Under the pieces are notes generated by a model, which searched no databases, was not told where the DNA came from, and saw nothing but the letters and a program-made list of their open reading frames with translations. A DNA stretch of 64,000 nt from Octopus vulgaris (Eukaryota): contig OX597831.1 of the NCBI GenBank assembly GCA_951406725.2, forward strand, positions 39,122,001 through 39,186,000, in the 5' to 3' direction. The translations under genes were made by a program, and so were the position numbers. Shown here piece by piece: positions 25,607 through 39,620 of this stretch (the stretch's first letter is position 1; each line of letters opens with the position of its first letter).

Positions 25607-27475
25607 CATTTACATACATATATACTTATATATAATGGATGTACATGTACATATATATAATATATATATATATATATACATACATAAATACATAATGCAT
25701 ACATACATATTCTCACACACATAGACGAAAATTTTAAATAGACTTTCACATTTATAAATAGAGCAATAACAAAATGCAATTATTGGTGATGTTACGTGTG
25801 AACGTGAATACTCGCACCTGTCCATACATGCACAAATGTGCATGTATATGCGTATTTATGCATTTCTGAAAAAGCCTTACGGCTTCTCTGCATTTTATGG
25901 ATCAGGTGTTTTATTAATTGCCGATTCCAAATATTTTACACGTCCAGTCCATTATATATCATTAGATCATCTGGCGTTTCTCATGCAACGGAAATTGTTT
26001 TTCAAGTCCTGTACTTGTTGGGAGGGTGACTTTTCTTCAATTTGTTCCCAAGTAGTTTGGCTTCTGTTTTCAGGATTTGTGTGTGTTATGGATGCTATAA
26101 AGTAATAATGCTTTAATCCAATTTTAGTGGGAAACGCAACTAAAATTGTTAGTAATATTTAAATGTGAGCGTATGAATTAGTCTGTGAGTGTGTATGTGT
26201 ATGAGTGTATGTGTGTGTGTGAATGAGTTACTGTGTGTGTGAATGAGTTAGTGTGTGTGTATCGATAACGCAGAGGGTAGAGTGGTGGACTTTACTCTTA
26301 CTTTAAACCTTTGACGTTCGTAGGTCAGTAGTTCGGATCTTCTAGCGAGATTCGCTCTCTTTCTGCATGAATGGATGGATAGATGGATGGATGGAGGGAT
26401 GTCTTCAATTTTTCTCTTCTTTCAGTTATCAGACAGCACTTATGATGTGACACCGCCTTCAAGGATTTTTTAGACGAAAGAATCAACTCGAGGGCTTAAG
26501 TTTTTAAGCCTAGTACATACTCTGTCGCGTAATTTTGCCGAATTGCTAAATTACGTGGACGTCAAAATCACACCCTCACATTGGTGTGACATGGGCTGAA
26601 AGCTTTTGCGCCTGCATCTGATCAATCACCTCTGTTTCAGAGCTGAAAACTAAACAACCACGCAATAACATTAACAACAATAAAGCAATCGCAAATTGTC
26701 GCTAGAGCCACTAAAGACAGTTGTAAATTCCCTCAAACCTTTTTCCTAACGACTATGAAACGAACGTAGAGGATAATGTATAGATACGTGGAAAAAAAAG
26801 ACGGATGTTTCACTGCTAAAATCGCTTGAGACGGCTTGATGAGAGTTGTGTTGACTTTAAAAAAACAACAGCAACAACAACAGCAACAATAACAACAGCC
26901 TAGGTTTTAATTTAACGTTCACACAACAAAGACACCAACACCATTTACTTGGCATGTAAAGCAAAAATTATATGAGACAACTAAATCATCTTTCTGTAAG
27001 ATTATGTCTCATGTAATCATGACGAATATATAAACATGATCAATATTGACATTGAGTTGGGGAATTATATGACCCAGTCAAGGAAGAAGGACTGACCCCT
27101 TCAATAATATCAGGGTGTCCGATATTGGTGGAAGACAGTGTAGACAAAAGTCCTAACTTAAATGTTTGGAAGAAAAATAATTATACAAGACCAAGATTAC
27201 GGATTAAGTCGTATTAAGCCTACTAATCTAATTAAGTCGTATTAAGCCTACTAAGATTCATTGCCTTGACGGGTGTCATGAAGTCATCACCGGCCAAATT
27301 TTGGTTGATCCGAGTCTAAAGCGGAAGACCCCAGACCAAACTACTGTGAATTAAGGCTGATGAATAACTGCCACGAAGGTGTGTGAGCTAGCGGTTACTG
27401 GGTTGCATTCACGAACTTGAGATCGTAGTTTCGATACCGGGATTGACAGTACGTTGTGGTCTTGAACAAAATATA

Positions 27476-28041
27476 TTGAGTTGTCCGGAAAGTTCGTGCC
27501 ATTTTATAGTAGCTTACCTTTCGACTTATTTTAGAACATGGTTGAGTCCATAAAATAGGATTTGACTATACCTCCATTTAGAGCACGGTTTAAGCTATCC
27601 TTTCGTGGAAGGAGGTATAAGTTCCTATAACCTGTGTTAATTCTGTAATCCTTTAAAATGGAAGATACGAAAGTTCATTTTCGGCACTTGATGCTTTGAG
27701 AGCCAGGCAAAAATTGCTGCAGCTCGGCTGGGATGTGTTAGCCCACCCTTCAAATTCACCAGATATCGCTCCTTCGGATTTCCACTTATTCAGGTCTCTG
27801 CAGAATAGTCTTAATGGTAAAAATTTCAATTCCTTGGATGACGTAAAAAGATACCTTAATGAATTATTTGCCATGAAACCACCTCAATTCTGGGAAGAAG
27901 ATATTTTCAAGTTAACGGAAAGATGGAGACGCATTGTGCAACAAAATGGTTCATATTTGGTTGATTAGAAATATAAAGGCAAGTATTTATTGACCTTTTT
28001 CTTTCCTTCAAAAATCGGCATGGACTTTCCGGACAACCCAA
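27476..28041 (+). mobile_element. Internally deleted mariner transposon
   Basis: TIRs TTGAGTTGTCCGGAAAGTTCGTGCC / GGCATGGACTTTCCGGACAACCCAA, with TA on both sides. N-terminus MEDTKVHFRHLML (27658) is joined directly to the C-terminal region. Confidence 0.9.
27658..27968 (+). pseudogene. mariner transposase remnant
   Basis: LGWDVLAHPSNSPDIAPSDFHLFRSLQ matches the HPPYSPDLAPSD motif carrying the third catalytic Asp. Most of the gene is deleted. Confidence 0.9.
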
Positions 28042-28975
28042 TATAATTTATGTGCACCTGAAAGTACCATTAAATATTTGAAATTCAAATACAAAAAGTG
28101 ATGTAAACAAGAATCAATCACAAAAACATCTTAGGCAGCATGGTAACCAGTTAAGCTGTGGATTTGTGAGTCCTAGAGAACATGACATACCGAAAAAATG
28201 CCGAATTTGCGCAGTGAACTTCTGAGCTCTACGTGTATGCGCTCTCTTAAAGAAATGAAAAAAATATTTAATTACGCAGAAACACGCAGGCAATGAAGAA
28301 GTTATAAGATTATATGTTGTGACGTGGTTCAAGAAAATGAATAGATACATTTTCACAAAGCATTATGGATTGTGTAGTAAGATGAAGTGGGTGAAGAATT
28401 TGGAGAAAAGTCAAGAAAGAACTTGGAAAAGGAAACGGTAGCAGACAATTGCATTACCCTCTCTATGACGAGACGAAAAGACTGACTTGTGTTGGCAACA
28501 TTTGTAAATTACTAATCTTCCAAAATACATTTTAGTCTAAATGTAATCAAGTATGACAGTGATTATCTAATAAATTAATTGTTTTCATAAATTTTAATCA
28601 GTATTTGTAACTAACAATGGCAGGTGAATGAAATTGAGACAATATGGCGCTATGATAGCAATAATATCGGAATGATTGCCACGTGATATGATATTTAGCT
28701 CCAGGTCTGCTGTGATTTAAAAGACCCTTGAGAAGATTTACGATCGTTGTATTCCAGCCACGACCAGGGTTTGACATCTGTCGCTTTCATCTTTTACTTG
28801 TTTTGGTCATTAGAAAATCGACCATGCTGGAGTAACACCTTGAATGGTTTTAGTCGAACAAATCGGCAACAGTACATATTTTTAAGTCGGGTAGTTATTC
28901 AGTCAGACTCATTTACCCAACTGATAATGTTGCGCGGGGAGTGAACAAATCGACAACAGTCGTCAAGCGATAGGT

Positions 28976-29058
<83 letters not shown>

Positions 29059-29300
29059 CTAATAATATAATAGAAGGGTAAGATTTATTAATCAATTTAA
29101 TTAATCAATAAATAAATAAACCAATTAATTAACAATTTTATCAAGTAGATCGGTACGTTAAAATAACCTTTATAGTTAAAATTATCCATATAATTATAAT
29201 TAGGGTTCAACTAACTGCTTCACCACATACCGAAATTAGAAAAAGGAGTTAAAAATTCCTTTTCTGCTACTATAAGAATCTCCATAACGGTAAACGGTTT

Positions 29301-29355
<55 letters not shown>

Positions 29356-29629
29356 TAAGTGGGCACATGACGTCATGTAGCTTGTAAAACAAAAAAGTAC
29401 GAAGCACAAGTATATGGAACATAAACTATTCTTTCGAACAACGAAAGACACAAATGGAAAACAAAACAAACAACAAAAAAGAACGACCCTTCATCAGTTG
29501 TTGGCTGTTTTTCTAGTCTCGTATTTCGAGCATTTAACAATAATATACGCTTTCGTTAAAACAGTTGCTCCCGCAAAGCAAATTAAATAAAATTGTGGAA
29601 AGTTCTTTAACCCTCGGCGACGGAATAAT

Positions 29630-29679
29630 GGGTCACTGATGAAGATTAATCAAATCGAAAATCAGCGCTTATATGACTC
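29630..29679 (+). ncRNA. Type I hammerhead ribozyme (near-intact)
   Basis: GGGUCA-CUGAUGA-a-GAUU-aauca-AAUC-GAAA-AUCAGCGCUUAU-A-UGACUC. 6-bp helix I, quasi-palindromic helix III, one extra A after GAA. Confidence 0.65.
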
Positions 29680-29881
29680 GTTAGAAAAGTACTCTCAGTT
29701 GTTTTGACTCTTATTTCTAGCAATGATGGTGCTGACTAGCACCCTCCGAAGCTTCAGTGACAACTATACTTGTTATCCTTCGGTTGTAAATTGCGAAGAG
29801 CTACGTTTGTAATTTGTGTGTGTGTGTGTGTGTGCATCACTCTACACCAGATTATTCACCTCGCTATGCTGCAACGAAATA

Positions 29882-29939
<58 letters not shown>

Positions 29940-31386
29940 TGTGTGTATCTATATATTATATATATATGTATATACATACACCACACGACGACTTCTACAC
30001 AGATCCGTCTAGTAAACTCACTCAAGGCACGGGTTGATCCGGAACGGAAGTAGAAGACACTTGCCCAAGATGCAGCGAAGGGGGTCTGAACCTGAAACCA
30101 CATGGCTACAAAGCAGGTTTCTTAACCAACCACCCATGTCCGCGCTTGTAGCTTTTTTTGTTTTTAATTTCTGCTTTGTATTTCATTGGAGTGTAGCATA
30201 CACAGAACCATATGATCCAATGAGTCCTTTTCTAGACCATTTCCCCCCTCATACTGCAAATCTTCAAAAAGATTTGGCTGCTATTTCTAGCAGTTTATGA
30301 ATTATCCTTCTTACCTCGGATCGGTTGATATCAGTTGTAGGTGATTACGTCAGAGTCGAAAAATGTAATACATTGAAAGATTAAATCGTACAGACACAAT
30401 TTAACGAAACTAGGGACAACTAATGTATTACATACCTGTATAACCTCGTTCAGTACTGGATAGGTTGACTCTAAATCAATGACGGGTTTTGAAACATCTA
30501 TATATAGATGTTTCATACATGCCATTACTTATTTGTAACTTACAGCTATCAATTCAAGATTACTTTAAAATTGCATGACTCATGTAATTTGAGAATATTG
30601 TTTGTTTGCCTTTTCCTCAATACTTCCCTTATTATTGCTATCTAATTTGATTCCGCAGTTTTTTTTTCCTAAGTCGTTGTCAAATAAATCTTAGCAATGC
30701 CTTCATTGATTCTTGATTTTGCGATGATACAGAACATGTCCGCTTATCTGGAACTGAATTCTGCCCGCAGAAGAAATATTACAATATAAATATATATAGA
30801 AACTTCGGTACAATTCTGAGCAATTAATTGAACTTCCAATTGATTTTTCAACCAATTAATACTTACAACATCGCTTCAAGCATTCTTGCATGCACATTTA
30901 TGAATCATTCGTTTCGATCTGAATGGGTCAATCATGGTATGTAGCGTGCACGTTTCCCCTCACTCAAATGCCTTCTTTCATTCACAAAATAAAATCACTT
31001 GTTTTGCCGTTAGTAGTATTGACATCACTGCTTGCATTTCCTTCTACCAAACTAAATTGTATATAATTTACTACCTTTCCATGCAGCAATATTTGTTAAC
31101 ACATTCATTATATTGTTATCTATCAATACATCTTTATCCTTCCGCAATTCCATACAGAAGTACCGAGTTGCAAACAAAAGAAGGTAGCCATGATGTTAGC
31201 ATCTCGCATGTCACCAGGAATTTACAAGGTTCAGAGTAAGCTTATTTCATAGTTTCTAGTTTATATATAATGAGAAAAAAAAAGTCATCGGAGGGGCGAT
31301 GCCTACCCTGTGTGCTGATAAATTTTTTCGCAAATTTTAGTGTGGCTTAATATGCGTTGCTTACGGATGTTTTTTAATTGAACTGA

Positions 31387-31478
<92 letters not shown>

Positions 31479-31557
31479 CACTATTATTATTATTATTATT
31501 ATTATTATCATTATTATTATTATTATTATTATCATTATTATTATTATTATTATTATT

Positions 31558-31589
<32 letters not shown>

Positions 31590-31599
31590 TATTATTATT

Positions 31600-32153
31600 G
31601 AGTGAGAGAGCAGTTCATGCCATCAAAGTGACACTGGGGTAAAATATACGAAGCCCAGTATACCCATCATGACTACCCGTCTGATAAGGGTACACCAGGC
31701 ACATGCATCACAACCATATGTGCGCGACATGGTGATCTCATATCAAATAAACAGCACATGACCTTGCAGGTCAGGTTGAGGAGCCCATCCCGCTCAAAAG
31801 GTCCCTGAATAAGGATTGTTTAAGGATGTTGAAAGAACCACCCATGTTTCCAGAGGTGAATTATTCAAACCCCAAATAATCCCTCTCAACACATGGCTAT
31901 GATGCTCCCCCACTACATCTGCTCATGATCAGAGATGCACATATCATCAGCCACTAAGTGACATGCTCAACTGGTTAAGGTCAAACAACTGACAAGCAAA
32001 TCTGTGGTATTGAGCAGATTATTTGCTGTAGACCATCTTTTATACCAAGACAAAACAATGTACATGATAACACTTCCAATCAGTTAAGATCAGAAACCAT
32101 GAGAGCCACCGCCTGGTACTGCATCAGGGCATTTATGGTACTGCGTCAGGGCA
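31600..32153. mobile_element. Family D element, copy 2, in (TTA)n
   Basis: Collinear with 555-1180; short terminal duplication of TGGTACTGCRTCAGGGCATTTA. Confidence 0.8.
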
Positions 32154-32178
32154 TTTATACTTATTATTATCATCATCA

Positions 32179-32239
<61 letters not shown>

Positions 32240-33217
32240 CATTATTATTATATATATATATACATGACGGGCTTCCGCACCGTTCCCACCACCAGATTCA
32301 CTCACATCGTCAGGGGATGTAGTAGAAGCCTCTTTTCCCAAGTGCCATGCAGTTGGACTGAACCCGATACCACAAAATCGTTAAGCGAGCTTCTTAATGC
32401 ACAAAAGCTTCCCATATCTCGAGCTTGATTGCTACTTTTCATTTCTCCCCATTCGCTAAAGTAATATACAGGAATCTGTTCAAAGAACGTTACCCTCCAG
32501 CTTCTAAACAACGTCCTTATGCTATGCAAATAATCAAACGCGATGAGTATTAGATATGACTAGAGATAACGAGAATGAAAGCTCTATGATGTTGAAATCA
32601 AATGGTTATTAAATCAAATTTCGATCCTTAAATTTCTCTGAGGTAAATCTCCACAAGCATAAACTTTGTCTTTTATGAATCACCGTGGAATTAATTCAGG
32701 CAGGCTCCTGATCAAAGTCACCAGCCTTAACTAAACGAAACCAATATTCTTGATAATTTCAACATAATCAGCCTTACTGATATGCGATTTGAGATCTTAA
32801 AATTGTTTTCATTTCCTTAGGAACCTAATTATGAACAAAAACATTTACGATGTATTCTGCTTGGCTAGATTATGCATAGAGCAGGTCGTTTTCTTGTTTA
32901 AACCGATATATCATTTCGTATATGTTATATAGTTTTGTTATTTACGTTGCAACAGAATAATTACGTTCCCTAGAATAATTCCGCTGAACATTTCTTCTTC
33001 ATTCGATTATATATGAACACATATTACACACATAAAGCCCTCGACTTTTTCTATCCTAAGAGTTTTTAACCCAATACCTGCTACTATAGCTTTATGTCTT
33101 TTTGGAGTGTCACCGTTTAAAAACGAATTATTTTACAACTTTTGAAATTTCTAAATTCATATGACGTAAACATTATACACATGTATACATACATAATACA
33201 TACATACATACATACAT

Positions 33218-33272
<55 letters not shown>

Positions 33273-33273
33273 T

Positions 33274-33335
<62 letters not shown>

Positions 33336-33547
33336 TGGCTGATAGATAGATATAATATAGATATAATATAGATATATATGCATATATATATATATAATAT
33401 AAATTAGAGAAAAAAACACGATTATGCAATTCAAACATTGATAGACATAAACCAATACATAAATAACAAATAACATATATTTTTATAAAACATATAACAT
33501 AACTTGATCTCGAAATGTATAAAAATGAAAGATCAATATATAATATA

Positions 33548-34704
33548 CTAGCATTAAAGACCCGTCATTGCCGGGTCATAGTGCTAGTGCATGTATATAT
33601 GTGTATATATATGTGTACATATTACACGTACATCTACATATATATATATACATCTACGCATAAAATACAAAATACAAAGTTATATCTTGATATCGCTAGT
33701 GATAACAATACTCAAAATATATAACAGACTGGAATTGTTATCCCGTCTCTTGTAATTTCGATCAATTGTATCTTGTCCTCCCTCTACTTCGGGGATGGGG
33801 GGCATTTTTAATTTTTTTCCAGGACGTCCTACGTCCCAGATATAAAGGTAAAAATAAAATATTTCCACTTTGCAAGTTCGAGTCCAGTACTCCCTTGCAC
33901 GCTCCGTTGACTCGAACCTTGCTTCTATTGTGGCGAATTTACCGCCTCTGATTAGATACCTTTCATAATCGCACCAAGACACTTTTCGAAGGTGCTTTCC
34001 TCCATGTGTTCAAATCTGCTTTTTTCTCTACATTGTATACTTTATAGACAATAGTCTTTTCTTTAATTTAATTTTTTATTATCCATCTGGACTATTCCAT
34101 TTCTGCACGCTAATTTTATTTCTAATTTATTCCCATTCATGTGAAACCACTTATTTAAGTTCAAGTCATTGATGCAATTTTATACCAATTGCTATTTTTA
34201 CTTTTGTTATATTACGATTATATTATACTTTAGTTTGATTTTAATTATTACTTACTACATATAATTCAATTTGTTATTATTATTTTTATTGTTAAAGTGA
34301 AAGTATCTGACATAAAATAGAGAAATATTCTTGTTTCACTTTTAACACGTAATACTGAAATAGTGGAGAAGATATGATATTGCTATTGGCTCGCTCTAGG
34401 CAAGAAGTTGAACATTTTTTGCCAATAAAACTACAGGGACCCTAAGTAAGGCATATGTAAAATTTGACTGGAATTGGTTGTGTAGTTCTCAAGTTTTAGG
34501 GAATCGTAGTGGAGAAGATATGATATTGCTGTGGGCTCACTCTAGGCAATAAGTTAAAAAAATTCTTTTTGCCGATGACACTCCCCGGACCCTAAGTAAG
34601 GCATGTATAAAATTTGAATGAAATTGGTTGTGTAGTTCTCAAGTTTTAAGGAAACGCACAGACAGACAGACAGACACACATTCTCAGTTTTATATATATA
34701 AAGA
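33548..34704 (-). mobile_element. Non-autonomous Helitron
   Basis: Minus strand starts A|TCTTTATATATATAAAA followed by (TGTC)n, and ends with a GACCCG/CGGGTC hairpin 7 nt before CTAG|T. AT target, no TSD. Internal 146-bp tandem duplication at 34361-34653. Confidence 0.75.
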
Positions 34705-34763
34705 TTAATTAAAAAATGTTTGGCGTTATACTCACCAATATTATTATATATCTATATATGTAT

Positions 34764-34813
<50 letters not shown>

Positions 34814-34861
34814 TGTGTGCATATATACATATATATGCATATATATATATACATATATATG

Positions 34862-34918
<57 letters not shown>

Positions 34919-35309
34919 AGAGAGAGAGAGAGAGCGGTAAAATATGAAAAATCAACGAAAATGCACATTGCAAATAAAAAAAGGCTATTTATGACAGATA
35001 ACGACAAATATATACATTTAGATTGACTGAGGTAGTAATACGAGTCATAAAAGTCATTATTATGAGATGATTATAAGATGATAATAAAGTAAGAGAACAA
35101 AACGAACCATGGTTTACGCAAATCTATTCATCGTTTGAAAAACACAGGCTAATACACGGTGTCAGGTCTAATAGTTCCTGAGAAAAAAAGATTATTTGTA
35201 AGGGAGGTAAGTAGTTCTGGATTTAGAGATGTGAGTGGTGTAGGAAGTGTATAGGGGTTAGTGGTTTCAATTGAAGAGTTAGTGGTGTTCTGTATTGAGT
35301 TGTGTGTTC

Positions 35310-35888
35310 ATATTTAGTTGAGGGAGAAATTTATTGATGAAAAATGCCTCTTTATCCAACTTTTGTTGCATAGTGGTTGTTCTGTGAACATTGGTAAAAG
35401 GGAAATATTTGGAAATTGGGATTAAGATTCCTGGCACACCTTTCTATGTGTTCACTCACCTTTAACTGTCTGTATTGTGGCTGACGGATTTGCTCTTTGT
35501 GAATGGTGATTCTTTGACGGAGCGAAATTCCTGTTTGTCCAATATAGAGATTACTACATCCTATGCATGTCATGACATAGATTATATTTACTGAGGCGCA
35601 GGTGAAATTTGATTTGATCTTAAATATTTCTCCTTGTTTGAATTGGAATTCTGAACCCTCGAGAAGGTGGGGGCATTTTCCACGGTTAGAACGTCCAAAT
35701 TTTGTCACTTTTGGCTCTGTTGTTAGTGGATACAGTCTAGCGCTGGTTAAAATTTTTTTCAGTGGCTTCGGTTGTGTTTTGCTTTTTATAATTTTATATG
35801 AGCTTAAAATTTCGTTCATTGTTTTGTCTGCTGTGAGGATGGGAAGGTTTTGGGTGATGATGTTGAAGGCTTCGTTGTTTCTGGGGTA
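35310..35888 (-). pseudogene. Penelope-like element GIY-YIG endonuclease fragment
   Basis: FTCASVNIIYVMTCIGCSNLYIGQTGISLRQRITIH...VSEHI, then after a frameshift KEAFFINKFLPQLN. This is a PLE-type GIY-YIG domain with CxxC between the two motifs. 5'-truncated at (TA)n; the putative 3' non-coding part runs to ~34935. Confidence 0.9.
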
Positions 35889-35892
35889 TTTC

Positions 35893-35932
<40 letters not shown>

Positions 35933-36190
35933 ACATAATAAATAATATTAGGGTAATAAGAATTATAGAAATTATTATTACCAGTGGCCTAATTGACTAT
36001 ATATATATATATCAGTTGTTATATATATTGCGTGATTAAACTGGTTGCTGTTGCTGCGGTTTCTGCTGTTGCACTTCTTGTAGTTGCTGCTGTTGTTGCC
36101 GTTGTTGCTGTAGCTGCTGTCGAGATTTCAGCTCAAACTACTGCTACAGCCATGGCTTAATGCCCTCTTGTTAATGATATTTTTCACAAC

Positions 36191-36755
36191 AGCGGTGAGC
36201 TGGGAGAAACGTTAGCACGCCGGGCGAAATGTGTTGCCTTATTTCGTCTGCCGTTACGTTCTGAGTTCAAATTCCGCCGAGGTCGACTTTGCCTTTCATC
36301 CTTTCGGGGTCGATAAATTAAGTGCCAGTTACGCACTGGGTTCGATATAATCGACTTAATCCCTTTGTCTGTCCTTGTTTGTCCCCTCTGTTTAGCCCCT
36401 TATGGACAGATAAGAAATAAGAAACGTTAGCACACCTGGCGAAATTCTTACCGGTATTTCGTCTGCCGTTACCTTCTGAGTTCAAATTCCGCCGAGGTCG
36501 ACACTGCCTTTCATCCTTTCGGTGTCGATAAATTATGTACCAGTTACGCACTGGGGTCGATATAATCGACTTAATCCGTTTGTTTGTCCTCTCTGTGTTT
36601 AGCCCCTTGTTACGTTCTGAGTTCAAATTCCACCGAGCTCGACTTTGCCTTTCATCTTTTCGGAGTCGATAAATTAAGTACCAGTTGCGTACTGGGGTCG
36701 ATCTAATCGACTGGCCCCGTCCCCAAAAATTTCGGGCTTTGTACCGACAGTAGAA
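36191..36755 (+). mobile_element. SINE family B, tandem trimer
   Basis: Three consecutive units with the family core at ~36260, ~36478 and ~36618. Confidence 0.85.
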
Positions 36756-37104
36756 AATGATATTTTTGACAATATGCCTCAATGCAAGCTTTCATTGCCC
36801 AATAAATCATGGCGTAATTTCATGTGTATTTTACAACCATTACTAGCAGGCCGAGCGACCAGTTACAGGCTTCTTAAATGGCTCATATTACGGAGTGACC
36901 AGTAATGAGGGAGCATAAATTGTGAAAGAAGCTCACGAAATTCATACCTGTTGACTTGAAGGCCCATTAGCCAGAATATTACACGATCTTGTATTTATAA
37001 TAAAAGATAAAATTTCAAACTCATTCATAACGTGGTTGAGTATACCGCGTAACGATCATAGTTATGTCTCCGTTTTACTCTTTGTTATATTCGTACATAG
37101 TAAT

Positions 37105-37580
37105 TACTTCTAATTTAGATACAGGGCCAACAATTTTTACAGGGAGAGGTTACTTGATGCCATCGACCCCAGTACTCGACAGGTACTTTATTTCATTGGT
37201 CCTGGATGAATGAAAAGGTTAAACTGACCTGAGCGAGATTTGAACGTAGAACATTGAGAGACAGAAGAGATTCCGCATAGTAATTCATTCATATTTTGAG
37301 AGAAGGCCGGTAGTTTTAGTGGGTTAGAGTATTCGATTACATCGACCCCAGTACTCGACAGTACTCGACTCCGAAAGGATGAAAGGCAAAGCCGAGCTCG
37401 GTGGAATTCGAACTCAGAACGTAAATACAGACGAAATACTTATTTCTTTACTACCCACAAGGGTAGTAAAGGCGAAAGGTAAAGTAAACCACAATGTAAT
37501 TTGAATTGAAAACGTAATGACTCGGAATCAATACTGCTAGACATATTTTCCGACACGGCACGTTCCCGGTAGCTATCCGC
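37105..37580 (-). mobile_element. Cluster of diverged SINE B copies
   Basis: ATCGACCCCAGTACTCGAC and GAAAGGCAAAG...GAACTCAGAACGTAA motifs. Confidence 0.65.
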
Positions 37581-38167
37581 CCCTCCGTTTCACATGAAAT
37601 ACAGTCATATACGACTTTAATCTTGGCTGAAGTAATTGTACGGAACAGATAAATGAGGTCAATGTACGATTATCTTGAATTTTTATAAGACATTTGGCTT
37701 CATAACATGAAGTTTCGGTTTTATGAAGCACTCATTTTACGATCCACTGCAGTAGGGCAACTATAATCTGATGCTGATGTTGTTGGTGTTGTTATTGTTG
37801 TTGATATTGTTGGTGTTCTTGTTGTAAGGCGATGACTGAGCAGAGTCATTAAAATGTCGGATAGAATTCATCGTGGTATTTGTTTCGAAACTCTACGTTC
37901 TGAGTTCAAAGCACACGAAGGCGATTCTGATGAAGATAAACTCCAGTTAAACAATTTTCTTTGTGTTAGTTACACCATCTCAAAGTATCTCATAACCACC
38001 AGCCAATGATGAGATCCCATAACTCTCAACGCGATCGCTCTACTAGGCAGGGCTATTAGCCACATCAAATTCAAATAAATTCATACCGTCAAAAAAAAAG
38101 TTATAAAACGATTTACTCGTTGATTAAAAAGTAGTCCTCAATGCGTTATTTTCGAAAACAAGACAAA

Positions 38168-38781
38168 GGCGCAGGCGTGGCTGTGTGGCAAGAAGCTTCC
38201 TTCCCAACCACATGGTTCCGGGTTCGGTCCCACTGCGTGGCATCTTGGACGTGTGTCTTCTACTATAGCCTCAGGCCGTCCAAAGCCTTCTGAATGGATT
38301 TGGTTGACGGAAACTGTAGGAATCCCAGCGTAAATATATGGATATTATAAGATTAATACGAAAGACGGAGTATAACTAGAAGCATTTGTTAGCCCAACAA
38401 ATGCCTCTAATTACACTCCGTCTTCCGTATTAATCTTTTAAAATATACCCTAGGTTCACCTCGGAATTCCGGATGTGCCGTGTCGGAAAATTCCGGACGT
38501 ATATCCAACGATAAACACACACCATCGCTGATGACGCTTGGTAGCCATAAGTTAAATTAAAGAATTAAGGTTTAGGATGTAGGCGGTAAATGCAGTATCT
38601 AAATCTTGTTTCAGGGTAAGTCCCAGGTACTGTGTTGGTATATTCACGACTCCGTAACTTAATGGTGCGCCGAAAAGTGATCGGTAGAAAAAGGTACTAA
38701 GTTCTCAAAGAATATGTCCTGTGGTTGATTCCTTCGACCAAAACCCTTTAAGTCGGTGCTCCAGCATGGCCGCAGTCAAAT
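38168..38781 (+). mobile_element. SINE family A split by a ~290-bp insert (38340-38630)
   Basis: Head at 38168-38335, tail at 38631-38781. The insert begins at the internal TA tract and holds a hairpin (38349-38437) and a decayed hammerhead-like motif (38528-38597). Confidence 0.75.
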
Positions 38782-38897
38782 AGAATTCAGTCAATAGTTA
38801 TAGTATATTTTATTACAGTTGCTCAACAACTTATTGTGGAAGCAATTTTTTTTATGTTACTGCAACAAATACAAGCGCGCAGGGACTTCAGCACAAG

Positions 38898-39620
38898 TGA
38901 TTTCATGACCAGTCGTACCGTTGAAAGAAAAATGAAATCCAGAAGAAAATAGTCTCTATTTTATCTGCCATCTTCAGAATAATGTTGTTACTTTTGATTA
39001 CAGATCAGTAATGTCCTGGACCTCAACAATAACAACAACAACGACGACGATGATAGTGATAATTTAATCACTAATCGTATCGTTTCAAGAAGACTGGAAG
39101 TTGAGAAAGAATCCATGTTCCTTGCAGAAGTCACAATCGTAACATCTTTGATTACAGATCAGCGTTCATTAGGTGCTCACCTGTATCAAAAACAACGACG
39201 CCTACGACGACAACGACAATGGAGATTTCATTACCAGTCGTATCTTTCAAGGAAACGACAGTATTTAGTCATGGGTGGAACGTCTTTGATCACAGACCAG
39301 CAGTGAGCACGAGTTCAACTACATCAAAATAAGAACAATAATAAGAACAGTGACAACAGCAACAACAATAACAACAAGGTAAATTTCATTACGAGTTGTG
39401 TAGTTAAAAGACGATTGAAGCCCAATAAAGAATTCGTTATATTGTGTGTAATAGTCACAGCTGTAACATTTTTACTTACAAATCAACGTTGACCTGAACT
39501 TCAACACCATCACCACCAATAACGACAGTAACAGGCGAAATTTCATTACCAATGCTATAGTTGAAGGACAATTGAAGCCTAAGAAAGCATTCATTCTCTT
39601 CTATTCTAAAACTTCTTCGT
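38898..39620 (+). repeat. Old tandem repeat, ~5 units of 140-190 bp
   Basis: Recurrent CTTTGATTACAGATCAG ... (AAC/GAC)n ... ATTTCATTACCAGTCGTAT motifs starting at ~38991, 39143, 39281 and 39467. Confidence 0.65.

Noticed and set aside
29430-29500. Minus-strand CUGAUGA...GAAA
   Set aside because: I could not assign convincing helices I and III.
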